Of a DNA stretch of 64,000 nt, positions 50,428 to 63,780 are shown in pieces; the stretch's first letter is position 1; the number at the start of each line of letters is the position of its first letter. The notes below the pieces were generated by a model, which saw nothing but the letters and a program-made list of their open reading frames with translations, did not search any database and had not been told where the DNA came from. Source of the DNA: Chiloscyllium plagiosum (taxonomy: Eukaryota); assembly GCF_004010195.1 (NCBI RefSeq), contig NC_057749.1, positions 15,078,583 through 15,142,582 of the forward strand, read 5' to 3'. The translations under genes and the position numbers were made by a program.

Positions 50428-51474
50428 CGAGTACAAGGTACATGAAAGAGTACAATAGCTTCAACTGCTTAGCGCTATATCAGAGGTTGCGGACCAGGAG
50501 AGCGCATTGTCAGACAGCAAGGCTGGCAACAAACTGACAGTGCGAACCAAGATAATTATAAAACAGTACAATCTAAAAGCACGACGCTATTTCATGTTCT
50601 GGAAAATTGTGCAGTTTCTTATAGAGTTAAATAACAGAATTGCTCGAGAGAAGAACAGTACAGAACGCAGAGCATAATCTTCATTTCCCCACCAGATCAA
50701 GGTCAATGACGATGTGCGAGAGATTTACTAAACTGATTCCAGGGATGACAAGCTTTACTTAAGAGGGGTCAGGGAAGCCAGGGCTCATTTCATTACATCC
50801 ACGGTTAAGGAGTTCTGGTGTAATGGTATTGTCATTGAACTAGTAATCTAGAACTGCAGGCTGCTGTCCTGGGAAAATGGATTCGAATCTGACTCAGGCA
50901 GGTGTTGAAAACTGAATTCAATAGGAAAAACCTGGAACTAAAAGCTAGCCTCAGAGACCTGTTGTTGATTGCAAAATAAAACCACCTGGTTCACTAATAG
51001 AAGTTAACTGCCCTGATTTAATGCCCTGGGCAGCTTGGGATGGGCAATAAATGCTGACCTGACCAGCAACACCCATGTCCTGTGAACAAATCAGTAAAAC
51101 AAAAGAGATCTGATCAAGAGTTTTAAAGAGATAATTGACTACAATGAGGTAATCTGAGGAAACCTGTTCTCTCCCACCCCACCACCCCCCCACCCCCATT
51201 AGAGCAGCAGTAGTGTAGCGATAGCAAGTGGAATTTAAATTCAATTATAATCCAACTCGTCTTGGTGAGGGCGGTCCATATATGGAATGGGTGGGAAAGG
51301 TTTAGAGGGATGTGGGCCAAACACAGGCAAGTGGGACTGGTTTTATTTGGAAACCTGGTCTGCAGGGATGACTTGGGCCGAAGGGTCTGTTTGGTGTGAC
51401 TCTATTCTGGTGACCTTGAAAATGCTGTAAAAACAGTTGTTGTAAAAACCCATCTGGTCACTAATGGCCTTTAG

Positions 51475-51833
51475 AATCACAATCCTCACAGTGTAGAAGC
51501 AGGCCATTCGGCTCATCAGGCAAACACCAAACCTCCAAAAAGCATGTCACACAGACTCCCCCCTCCCCCCATTCCATTCCTGTAAACTCGCCTTTCCCAT
51601 GGCTAACCTTCCTAGCCCTGCGCACAACGGGGCAATTTCCCATGACCAAGTCACCATAACCTGCACATCCTTGGATCGTGGGGAGGAAACTGGAGCACCT
51701 GGAGGAAAACAGAGCACAGAAACGGGGAGAATGTCTGTCTGTGAGGAGTTTGCATAATCACCTGAGGGTGTAACCGAACCCGGGTCCCTGGCACTGTGAG
51801 GCAGCAGTGCTAACCACTGAGCCACCGTGCTGC
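51475..51833 (-). mobile_element. HE1-type SINE nested in family-B SINE remnants
   Basis: Ends in gcagcagtgctaaccactgagccaccgtgctgcc; family-B sequence lies on both sides (about 51440-51472 and 51838-51950). Confidence 0.8.
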
Positions 51834-51974
51834 CTCTAGAGAAGGAAACCTGCCATTATTACCTGGTCTGGCCGACATGTGGCTCCACACCCACAGCAAT
51901 GTGGGTAACTCCGAAATGGCTTCAGTGCTTAAGGGATGGGCAAAAAATGCAGGGAGTCAGCAAACTTGGGTTGT

Positions 51975-52749
51975 TTTTCAGACTGGAGGCCTGTGACCAG
52001 TGGGTGCCACAAGGATCGGTGCTGGGTCCTCTACTTTTTGTCATTTACATAAATGATTTGGATACGAGCATAAGAGGTACAGTTAGTAAGTTTGCAGATG
52101 ACACCAAAATTGGAGGTGTAGTGGACAGCGAAGAGGGTTACCTCAGATTACAAAAGGATCTGGACCAGATGGGCTGAGAAGTGGCAGATGGAGTTTAATT
52201 CAGATAAATGCGAGGTGCTGCATTTTGGGAAAGCAAATCTTAGCAGGACTTATACACTTAATGGTAAGGTCCTNNNNNNNNNNNNNNNNNNNNNNNNNNN
52301 NNNNNNNNNNNNNNNNNNNNNNNNNNNNNNNNNNNNNNNNNNNNNNNNNNNNNNNNNNNNNNNNGGAGGCTGAGGGGTGACCTTATAGAGGTTTACAAAA
52401 TTATGAGGGGCATGGATAGAATAAATAGACAAAGTCTTTTCCCTGGGATCGGGGAGTCCAGAATGAGAGGGCATAGGTTTAGGGTGAGAGGGGAAAGATA
52501 TAAAAGAGACCTAAGGGACAACATTTTCACGCAGAGGGTGGTACGTGTATGGAATGAGCTGCCAGAGGATGTGGTGGAGGCTGTTACAAATGCAACATTT
52601 CAGAGGCATTTGGATGGGTATATCAATAGGAAGGGTTTGGAGGGACATGGGCCGGGTGGGACTAGATTGGGTTGGGATATCTGGTCGGTGTGGACGGGTT
52701 GGACCGAAGGGTCTGTTTCCATGCTGTACATCTCTATGACTCTATGACT
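51975..52749 (+). mobile_element. HER1/CR1 LINE 3' fragment with N gap
   Basis: [19 protein letters not shown]...[11 protein letters not shown]; tail ctctatgactctatgac. Confidence 0.93.
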
Positions 52750-52934
52750 GGACACTGGCCCCAAACTGGATGGGGTGGGGGCTAGGGGGGAGTCAAGAGG
52801 AGGAGAAGAAACCTTTGAGAAGAATTTGTTTTCAAATCTCTTTTGCCACGGAATGGGGAGTCACCGGCAAGGTCAGAGTTTGATTTGAATTAACTTGTCA
52901 TTTCAAAACCAGCGACTCTCAGTGGCTCAAGGGG

Positions 52935-53231
52935 TGGCACTCTGGCTCAGTGGTTAGCACTGCTGCTTCACAGTGCCAGGGATATGGGTTTGATTCCAGC
53001 CTCGGGGTGACTGTATGGAGTTTGCACATTCTCCCCCTGTCTGCGCGGGTTTCCTCCGGGTGCACCGGTTTCCTTCCCCCAGTCCAAAGATCTGCAGGTC
53101 AGGGTGGATTGGCCAGGGGAAATAAGCAGTTATAGGGTAGGGAGCTGGATCTGGGTGGAAGGTGCTTAGGATGGCTGGTTTGGACTCGATGGGCCAAATG
53201 GCCTATTTCGACACTGTAGGGACTCTATGAC
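52935..53231 (+). mobile_element. HE1-type SINE
   Basis: ggctcagtggttagcactgctgc head, V-core and tail acactgtagggactctatga. Confidence 0.88.
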
Positions 53232-54447
53232 TTGATGTGAATGGGTTGAGAAATGTAGCTATGGGGATGCACACAATTACAAATCTGAGCTTCATTTCCC
53301 GACTTGGGGGCTTTGAATCAAAGTGCAAATTTAAAAAAAACAGACAGACAATTTCACAGGACAGGACTTAACTCCGGTTGGAGCAAAGACGCAGAAACGA
53401 ATGAGTGGGGAATGGCTGGCGGGGGGAGAAAGGAAGTGAAACCTGACAGGGAGGCTAGCGTTCCAATCTGTATGGTTTGTCCTTCCAGCAAGGAGCATTA
53501 TTGGGGGGACGGGGGGGGGCACTACAGCCCCCTTCCTTCCTCTTCAAAGGGGCAAAACCCAGGCTCATTTGCACCTGCCAGGACCATTGGCCCCTTCAGT
53601 TCGAGGTCTCCCACTCACCTCTCCAAACGTTTGCAGGCTGAGTCACTCAATTACCTTCCACTCAGCTCCTGCAGACACCCAGTTACATCTTCCACTCATC
53701 CACTCCAACAATGCCCACCCAACCCCTTCCTGTAAATCAAAGCAGCTCAGCTTCCCTTCCCTTCCATANNNNNNNNNNNNNNNNNNNNNNNNNNNNNNNN
53801 NNNNNNNNNNNNNNNNNNNNNNNNNNNNNNNNNNNNNNNNNNNNNNNNNNNNNNNNNNNNNNNNNNNNNNNNNNNNNNNNNNNNNNNNNNNNNNNNNNNN
53901 NNNNNNNNNNNNNNNNNNNNNNNNNNNNNNNNNNNNNNNNNNNNNNNNNNNNNNNNNNNNNNNNNNNNNNNNNNNNNNNNNNNNNNNNNNNNNNNNNNNN
54001 NNNNNNNNNNNNNNNNNNNNNNNNNNNNNNNNNNNNNNNNNNNNNNNNNNNNNNNNNNNNNNNNNNNNNNNNNNNNNNNNNNNNNNNNNNNNNNNNNNNN
54101 NNNNNNNNNNNNNNNNNNNNNNNNNNNNNNNNNNNNNNNNNNNNNNNNNNNNNNNNNNNNNNNNNNNNNNNNNNNNNNNNNNNNNNNNNNNNNNNNNNNN
54201 NNNNNNNNNNNNNNNNNNNNNNNNNNNNNNNNNNNNNNNNNNNNNNNNNNNNNNNNNNNNNNNNNNNNGGACCCTGGCCCATAATATAGATAACGCGAGG
54301 TGACAAAGCTGCAACTCTGTAGACTGGCCAGCCCCTCTGTTTACCCCCAGGGTCCAGGCAATGTGGTACTCACTGGACACAGTGACAGGGTGGCTTGAAA
54401 CACTGCTTGTCTCTGCTAGCACTGACACTGCACTGCCCACCCCATAC

Positions 54448-54782
54448 GGAGTCACAGACATAAACCATGGAAAACAGACCCTTCGGTCCAAGCCGTCCAT
54501 GCCAACCAGATATCCCAACCCAATCTAGTCCCACTTGCCAGCACCCAGCCCATATCCCTCCAAACCCTTCCTATTCATATCCCCATCCAGATGCTATAAG
54601 GTCACCCCTCAGCCTCCGACGCTCCAGGGAAAACAGCCCCAGCCTGTTCAGCCTCAAACCCTCCAATCCCGACAATAGTCTTGTATATGTTTTCTGAACT
54701 CTTTCCAGTTTGATAACATTTTTTCCAATAGCAGGGAGACCAGAACTGAACGCAGCATTCCAAAACTGTCCTCACCAATGTC
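54448..54782 (-). mobile_element. HER1/CR1 3' fragment with an internal deletion
   Basis: Matches the other copies but jumps from ccagatg to ctataaggtcacccctc. Confidence 0.85.
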
Positions 54783-56482
54783 CACCTACACTGTGATGAG
54801 GTACCTCTATCCCTCTGGTCACTGCTGGTGGTTTGGATGTGCTGGCCATACTCTCGCCAGCGTTTACACAACCTGCCTGGTGTAGCACTTGGTCACAGTG
54901 GGAACCAAAACGACCAGCCTTGCTGAGATCACCCAAGCAGCTGTCTAGCAATTACTCTCTGCACCGCATTAGTGAATGCTGAAGGTTATTCACCTACAGT
55001 AGGCATCACATCCAAACTGAATTCCACCGCCCCCCAACACACAAACACACACACTTCCAGTAAGAACCACTGGGGGTGGGGCGAGGGGGTTAGATAATGA
55101 TCTGGATCGTGAAGGTTTCTGATCCCCAAAGCTGTAGGACAGTGGAATTAACGAGCACAGCCTGAGTGTCAGTGCAGACTGGGTGTTGGGTTTAAAATGT
55201 TTCACCAAGGGAGTAACCAACCTGCAGCTATGTGGGGGGGGGGGAGGGGGGCAACCTCCCCCGTTCAGTGGGATGTGCACTGGCCAAACCAAACAAGGCT
55301 TTGAAAATCGGAATTAGACTACAGTCACTGCTGACATAACGCGATCATTCTTTTCTTGCACGCTCTTACATTTTGAGAGATTACCACAATAACTGCGCCA
55401 TTTAAACTAATGTGGCCAGAATCGAGTTATAGCCAATACAGCTACGGAGAGTTTGTCTTCCACTAATAATGATCTACACTCTTCAATCGCATTAAAGCCT
55501 ATTCACGTTGAAGAAACACACGTTACAGCAGAACTAACTGTAGTTTGGTACTTGTTGATTGACTGGCACAGAGTTGACGGGCTGAAGGCCCTTTTTCTCT
55601 GTGCTGTATGACTCACAAAAAGAGTTAGCCTTCAGGGAACCCCCAAGGAATGCAGCTTTGCTCTGGTTGAGGGACCTGTAATACCAGCCTGCCCTCAGCT
55701 CACATAGAAAGCTGAATTATCATCTTAAAAATAAAACCACTTTGTTCTTTAATTGTAAGCCTCAGGGTCAGGCTGGGTGATAGGTGCCTGAATGAGCTGG
55801 ATGGCACAGTAAATGGAATCGTGTTGATGTTGGACACATTTCAAGGTGCGGGCTGTCTCCTCCCAGTTCCCCCGAAAATGTCCGAGAAACCGGAGAGACA
55901 TCCACTGCACTGGAAATGTCCAAATCTCTGTTCCAAACAGTCACCGCCCGCTGCTCCATTCCCGAACCAATTAGCTCTGGAGGAACTTCAGATACAAATG
56001 TGGACGGCCTCCCTGATGAATCTGGATTTGGAAGGTCCCTGGTTCCAGGACCACGCTGGTGTTGCTAGCATTCCCTTTGAGGAGTCATGTCTTCCCAATC
56101 TGGGTCTCTCAATTAAAGCCAAAAGCTGGGGGTACTCTTCCCAGGCTGCTGTGAGACAAAATCTGGTTTCTGACTTTGCTTTTTTGCCAGAGGCGGTATT
56201 TATGGGATGTCACTATATAACAGTTAATTAGTAATAGTCATTATATCTATTATTCTGTTAAGTTTTCCAATAGAGTTAAGTTTTCTAAGTGTTTCTTTCA
56301 TTTGTGGTATTTTAACTACACAGAATCTGAATAAATTGTGTTTTCTTTAATGTCGAGTAATTTGACCAACCGAATGGCACCTGGGACACAGCACCTGACA
56401 TTTACCTTTAAAATGAGAAAGTGTTTGGATCCAGGCCACCTTCTTGATATAATTTGAGGTGGGGTCCAGTTAGGTCCATAAC

Positions 56483-56678
56483 ACTGTCAATTGTCAGAAA
56501 ACCCATCTGGTTCATTACTTTAGCGATGGAAATCAGCCATCCTTACCCAGTCTGGCCTACATGTGACTCCAGACCCACTGCAATGTGGTTGACTCTTAAC
56601 TGCCCTCTGGGCAATTAGGGATGGCCAATAAATGCTGGCCTGGCTGGTGATACCCACAGCTCATGAGTCAATTTTAAA
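56483..56678 (+). mobile_element. Family-B SINE 3' half
   Basis: aaaacccatctggttca...ggcctacatgtgactccagacccactgcaatgtggttgactcttaactgccctctgggcaattagggatggccaataaatgctggcc. Confidence 0.85.
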
Positions 56679-59600
56679 GAGTGTGGATCTGAAGGTTGGT
56701 TTGTTTCCAGGTAAAGAAGAAGCCCTCTCTGTAATTCTCCCGCCAGTTTGAGAGAGGTAGACAGGATGTTACTGAGAACAATATTAACAAGAAGCCAATC
56801 CCTTCAGAACCAACTGGAAGAGACAGTGCAACACTGCGCAATATTGTACAGATCTATAATGCACTGCAAGTTAGCGTCCAACACCCACCCTCCCCTATGG
56901 ATCACCCCCAATGCACACACACAATGAAACAATGGCTGTGATTCCATCACTAGCGTTCAGAAAGTTCATTAAAAGGCAGAGACAACATCAGACTACAGCC
57001 ATGAAACTCTCCAGCACCACGGTTATCTCTAACTTCCTGGTCAGCTGTCTCCCCGTGTTAACATGCTCTGATAACAAGGAATCTTTGTTAACAGTTAACT
57101 AGCTATATGATTCCCTTTCTCACCAACAGATAAGCCACAGTGAGGGATAAAAGAATCTCTAAAGAGATTGTGTGAAGAGCAGGAAGCAACAGATACAAAA
57201 TATTCAAGGAATAGATAGAGAGGATAAACACATACGGTAATCAAATAATTTTAAGAGATATCGAGGGGTATTCTGCTTTCTAGTTTTCTTCAAATGTTGT
57301 GTTGGTAACCTGCTACAACGGCTTCTAAAAGATCCGACACACCAACAGCATGAAACGGGGCACAATGGGCTCAGAGTGAAGAGTGGGATTGGGCTCAGAG
57401 TGAAGAGTGGGATTGGGCCATTTGGCCCCTTGGCTGTTCAGTAATGTCTCAGCAGCTCTCGTAACTCCACCCCCACTTTCATCTCCTGATTCTCTTGGCT
57501 GCCAAAACAATCTATTGAGCTCTGACTTGATTATACTCGACGAATGAGCAGCCATCTTCTGTGAAAGGTCTTATGATAATTTGGTGAAAGGAACCTTGAT
57601 TTCTTTCAGTAGCAAGAGATGAGTGCAGCATTGACTGCTTTATAAATACAACTGAAAGCCCATGTGACCCTCATGACTGACAACTGTGAGGAATAATTGA
57701 ATGTCATGTTACCTGTTGGTTGAATTATTCAGATTTTAGAACTGCATTAGATTTTGTGAACTTGGCAAGATTAAATTCATACATTATATAAAATGACGCA
57801 AGGATTCAGCACTTTCTGAATGGGGACATTTTTCCTTCTTCTAAATGGCCAATCCCTTATTCAAAGACCATGAACCCTCAATGAAGACGCCAAGCCAAGG
57901 GGAAACATTCCCTCTGCTCCAATCCAGACAAACCCTCTCAACAAAATCACCTCTTATTGGAAACATCAAAGGATAGAAACCTCGGGTTTTCAATCTCTCC
58001 TTCAAGATCAGCTCAGATATAAATCTAGTAAGTCTTCTCTGTACCCCCTCTAAGGCAAGTATATCCTTCCTCAGGTAGAGGCCAAACTGTGCTCAGTATT
58101 CTGCTAAGTTTTCATAACAACCCTATTCAAACAGAGCATAACTTCCTAGTTGGCCTGTCACTATAGAATAAAAGGCAATGCCCAATTCACGCTCAGTCAG
58201 GCTCCTTGAATGATACCCATGGGTATTGCAGTCTGAGGGGAAAGGTGTGGGGGGTTCATCTGAACATAATGCCTCTGACATCTAAGGCCTTTCCAATGCA
58301 CTGCACCCGAGTGTGAGCCACAATCCCCACTTCCACACGCACGAGTGCAAAATCAACTGAGCGCAGGCCATCCTGTTTCAAATTAACCAATCCCACTGCA
58401 ACACAGCTCTGCACGCATCAGCCGATTGGCTGCCTGCAGGCAATTTGGAACAGGAGGGGCATCGCGGCTGATCTCCTGCTCGCACATCTGCGGACTTCAC
58501 TGCCGGATGCCCAGTTGATCTGTCGCTCCCAAATCCGTCCGGGGTCAAGCCACACTGCAGCATCCCAGTGGACAATGGTTACTTCAGTTAGCACAGCCTC
58601 CATGTGTCCCCACACCAGGTAAATGATAGTCATCTGGGTATAGGGAAGCTGGGCAAGTTCGATAGGACAAGTGAGAGAGCTGGAGAGCGCGCACAGCATT
58701 TAAAGCGGGCTGCTGACTTCGGGAGACCATTACAGAAAAGCTAAACAAAAAAAAACAAACGCTTCACTCCCAGCTGGACAAGCAGCACCATGATGTGTTA
58801 CACATTAAACCTGATGAATAAACACAGTCATGTTGGCAGGTACTGAAATCTGCTTCTACCTGGAGGCTATCACCAGCTCCCGCAGTTATTTAAATTTGCA
58901 TCTGGTCACAGCCTTATTTACAGTCAATCATACATTAGCCACAAAATCAAAATTCACTTCAGAGTAAATAGTGAAACACAGTCAAGTTATTGACGCCCAT
59001 GCTTCCCCACCCCTGTGCTTCAGCATTTGGTTGCAAGATGGTATGGGAAGGGGCAGCAAGAGGAAAGAGGGGGTGGAAATGGAGACATGGGGGCAGAAAG
59101 GCTGCTATGTGGATTCCAGGCACAAAAGACAACTCATGCATACAACTGTGTGCACGTGTGACAGTGTGTCTGCATGTGATTAGGTGTGAAAAACACAAGT
59201 ATGAGAGGATGCAGGCAAAGGTACATGTGCAAATAAGTATGTGGGAGTGGGTATGTTTGAGTGCATGAGAGTTTGGGAGAGTGTGACAGTGAGTGAGGGT
59301 GAGTGTGCAAACATGAGATTGTTCACGCACGAGAGAGTGTGTGCGCGCATGCCTGCCTGATTGCATGTGCACACGTGTAGAGGGATGGAATTAGCATTAC
59401 AATTCAGATTCACCAGTTGAAGGGCTGGAAGGAGGCAGATAGAGGACAAAGGAGGCTATTGTCCAGCCCACTAACATTATAGAGGGTCAGTGCACTGTTC
59501 AATGCTCTTGGGATCCCTAGAGACTAGGAGGTTTACCTGTTTACTGTGACAGACTGTGGTCAATGTGCTCAGTTCCTGTCTGAGGTGGGGTGAATGGGCA

Positions 59601-60454
59601 GGGGGACAGAGGGGACCTGCTGGGTTTGGGGGTTACACACGCTGATAACCTTCCAGTGAAGCCAACCACCAACTGCGAGTCTGCAACAAGAATGCGGATC
59701 ACCCAGAATCAATACGCACAGAACCACATCCCAACCAGAATGCTGCACAGGCAGGCAACAGCGAGATAACACAGAACAAACAGAAAGACCAGGTTCATTA
59801 GAACAAACAGAAAGACCAGGTTCATTTGAACAAGCTCATCGCAGCAGTAGGGGTTATGGTTACCACCAACGCCCCCCCACTCTCCCCCCACAACCTTGCA
59901 CTGCTTGCCCCCGGCCCATCGTGCTCTGTTCCCTGAAGTCGGCATATCATTGAACCTCTCACAATCCAGATTTCAGTGAGAATCAGGAACGAGCCAAGCT
60001 TTCCTTCCTTCTCTTGCTCGCTCTCGCTCTCTCTCTCTCTCACACACACACACACAAACACACACAGCGTCATGTGGGCACTATTCCTGGCAGCCTCTTG
60101 AGAAAGAATCTTCAGAAGCACCTTGCTAAAAATAGCTATCTACGATTTGTAGGAGAGAAGAGAGAGAGGCTGTGCAGAATGTAAACAGCTCAACTTGCAG
60201 CATCAACTGGGAGAACAGAATCTGCCTCTCGATACCCTCTCTACATTCCCCTCCCATCCCAGGGTCTGTGTCCCCACTCCCCCCAGAGGGCTCAGGTGAC
60301 CTCAGTGAGGATTACAGGGGCTGCCACCAGGGCACTGGCCCACACAGAGACAGGATTTACACCTATTTTTCCCATTCCCTTCAGCTTTGGGTATTCCACC
60401 CAAGTTGGGTCACACATCTGCAAGTTGGGCACACAGTCAGAGCCTGGTTTTGAC

Positions 60455-60715
60455 CTTTATTCTTTCACGTGATGTTGGCTTCCCTGACAACACCAGCAAT
60501 GAGTCAACCACATCGCTGTGGGTCTGGAGTTACACGTACACCAGACCAGACCAGGATGGCAGATTCCCCTCCCTGTGAAGGGGGTCACTAAACCCGATGA
60601 CTATGGTTATAATTCCATAGTCATCATTACTGTGATTAGATTTTAATTTCAAATTTATTTATTTATCGAGCTTAAACTCCATCATCTGCCCCGATGGGAT
60701 TTGAACCTGCAGCCC
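60455..60715 (-). mobile_element. Decayed family-B SINE
   Basis: gagtcaaccacatcgctgtgggtctggagttacacg...ccatcatctgccccgatgggatttgaacc. Confidence 0.7.
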
Positions 60716-60719
60716 CACA

Positions 60720-61120
60720 ACATAACCCAGGCCATCACACAAACCAGCCTTCCTTTCATTGACTCCATCTATACTGCTGGCTGCATCAGGAAAGCAAGCA
60801 ACAACATCAAAGACCCCTCCCACACTGGTTAGACTCTCTTCCACCCTCTTCTGTCGGGCAGAAGGTATGAAAGTTTGAATACACGTACAAACACATTCAA
60901 AAACAACTCCTTCCCGCTGTTATCAGACTTTTGAATGGACCTCTTCAATATTAACTACTGATCTCTTTCTGCACTCTCTCTGGGGCTGTAACACTGTATT
61001 CCGCACTCTGTTCTGCTACCCTGATGCACTTTGTATGGGACAATCTGCCTGTAGCGCACACAAAACAACACTTTGCACTGTATCTCGACACACGTGACAA
61101 GAAATCAAATTCAAACTCAA
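60720..61120 (+). mobile_element. Rex1/Babar-like LINE 3' end
   Basis: Shares cccgctgttatcagact...gtaacactgt...ctctgttctg with 6900-7020 and has an aaatca-type tail. Confidence 0.7.
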
Positions 61121-61197
61121 AGCTGTGTCTCTGGAATACTAGCCCCACTGACATTACCAAAACACCCGGAATCTCTATTGAGTCATGGGAATCAGCT

Positions 61198-62565
61198 CAG
61201 TCATAGAGATGTACAGCATGGAAACAGACCCTTCGATCCAACCCGTCCATGCCGACCAGATATCCCAACTCAATCTAGTCCCACCTGCCAGCACCCGACC
61301 CATATCCCCCCAAACCCTTCCTATCCACATACTCATCCAAATGCCTCTGAAATGTTGCAATTGTACCAGCCTCCACCACATCCTCTGGCAGCTCATTCCA
61401 TACACGTACCATCCTCTGCGTGAAGAAGTTGCCCCTTAGGTCTCTTTTANNNNNNNNNNNNNNNNNNNNNNNNNNNNNNNNNNNNNNNNNNNNNNNNNNN
61501 NNNNNNNNNNNNNNNNNNNNNNNNNNNNNNNNNNNNNNNNNNNNNNNNNNNNNNNNNNNNNNNNNNNNNNNNNNNNNNNNNNNNNNNNNNNNNNNNNNNN
61601 NNNNNNNNNNNNNNNNNNNNNNNNNNNNNNNNNNNNNNNNNNNNNNNNNNNNNNNNNNNNNNNNNNNNNNNNNNNNNNNNNNNNNNNNNNNNNNNNNNNN
61701 NNNNNNNNNNNNNNNNNNNNNNNNNNNNNNNNNNNNNNNNNNNNNNNNNNNNNNNNNNNNNNNNNNNNNNNNNNNNNNNNNNNNNNNNNNNNNNNNNNNN
61801 NNNNNNNNNNNNNNNNNNNNNNNNNNNNNNNNNNNNNNNNNNNNNNNNNNNNNNNNNNNNNNNNNNNNNNNNNNNNNNNNNNNNNNNNNNNNNNNNNNNN
61901 NNNNNNNNNNNNNNNNNNNNNNNNNNNNNNNNNNNNNNNNNNNNNNNNNNNNNNNNNNNNNNNNNNNNNNNNNNNNNNNNNNNNNNNNNNNNNNNNNNNN
62001 NNNNNNNNNNNNNNNNNNNNNNNNNNNNNNNNNNNNNNNNNNNNNNNNNNNNNNNNNNNNNNNNNNNNNNNNNNNNNNNNNNNNNNNNNNNNNNNNNNNN
62101 NNNNNNNNNNNNNNNNNNNNNNNNNNNNNNNNNNNNNNNNNNNNNNNNNNNNNNNNNNNNNNNNNNNNNNNNNNNNNNNNNNNNNNNNNNNNNNNNNNNN
62201 NNNNNNNNNNNNNNNNNNNNNNNNNNNNNNNNNNNNNNNNNNNNNNNNNNNNNNNNNNNNNNNNNNNNNNNNNNNNNNNNNNNNNNNNNNNNNNNNNNNN
62301 NNNNNNNNNNNNNNNNNNNNNNNNNNNNNNNNNNNNNNNNNNNNNNNNNNNNNNNNNNNNNNNNNNNNNNNNNNNNNNNNNNNNNNNNNNNNNNNNNNNN
62401 NNNNNNNNNNNNNNNACGTTTGCCAACCTCCAGTCTTCCGGCACCTCACCTGTGACTATCGATGACACAAATATCTCAGCAAGAGGCCCTGCAATCACTT
62501 CTCTAGCTTCCCACAGAGTTCTCGGGTACACCCGATCAGGTCCTGGGGATTTATCCACCTTTAAG
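61198..62565 (-). mobile_element. HER1/CR1 LINE spanning an N gap
   Basis: KSPGPDRVYPRTLWEAREVIAGPLAEIF right of the gap and the 3' tail left of it; nearly identical to 3165-3315. Confidence 0.9.
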
Positions 62566-63780
62566 TCCTGGGCCATCCTCTGTCAATTTCCAAATGCTGT
62601 GTAATTCCCCCAGTTAGGAGACAGAAGGGCTGAGTGTGTCTGCGTGTGCACGTTTTTGTGTGTGGGTGTGAGACAGAGTGAGAAAGAGAGAGAGAAAGTG
62701 AGACTATGAGAGAGATAATTTGAGACAAAGACTGCAGGTGAGTGCCCTGGTACATTCTTTCCCAAATCCTCGGGCTTTGACACTCATATGACACTGACAC
62801 CATCAGCCAGTCTCTGCACGGTCAGGGGTAGCTGTAATGGTCATCTCACAGATGTTACAGCTTTTTATTTTGGAGGAAGGGAGAGGATCAAGGTTAGGTC
62901 TTGGAATAACTCATGCTCCCTAAACCTATGAGCCCCTCACACTGCAAATGCTGGTGACCTGAAATAGAAACTGCTGGAAATACTCTACAGGTCTGACCAA
63001 CTTTCTGCTTCAAGTTGATGAATGGTTACAATGGAAATGCTAACTCTTTTTCTCTCCACAAACGCTGCATGACCAGCTGAGAATTTACAGCACAGCTCTG
63101 TCACTGGTCTCTTGCCTCAGGAAGCAGCTGACAAGAAATCAGCCTGGCTCATCCCTCAGTTCCTAACCAGTTCCGTGTGTAATGTTGTAAGACAGCCATG
63201 GCCCACTCGCTCAGTCCTTCCTTATCAACACTGAGTACTCAGAATTTACAGCACATAAGGAGGCCACTTGTCCCATCGTGTCTGTACCAGCTTTTGAAAA
63301 AGCTACCCAACGAGTCCCAGTCTCTAGCCCTATCTCTATAGCCCTCTAAGTTCATCACTTTCACATACAAATCTCTTTTGAAACCTCAGATGGATTCCAC
63401 CTCCCCCATCTTCCCAGGCAGTACAGTCCAAATCCTAACAACACTCTGTGTAAAGGAGTTCCTCATCTCACTCCCTTCATTCTGCATAACTCATCAGTTT
63501 CCCACATCAAACCTCGCTCACAAACAGGTCAATGTGCAGACAACAGCTCATTCCCAAAATCCAAACAAACAATCTCCTGCACAGCCTCGCAATCACTTCC
63601 TCTAAGCGGCCTGCCCAGTTCTTCGAGGTTAGGGAACAGCCAGTGTGGCCTGTCAGGTTTGCTCTGCGATTCTCTATCAGATCATGGCTGGTCTGTTCTC
63701 CCTTTAAGTCACATAACTCTCTCTAGTTTATGTACATCAGTCTTGAGAGCTCCAATTGACCCCAATATCTCCAGGCTTTA

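Noticed and set aside
57366..57418. Short tandem duplications (here and at about 59772-59826)
   Set aside because: Two-copy slippage duplications with no further structure.
58815..58829. 15-mer tgaataaacacagtc (forkhead-like) also present at 35222-35236
   Set aside because: About one 15-bp match is expected by chance in a window this size.
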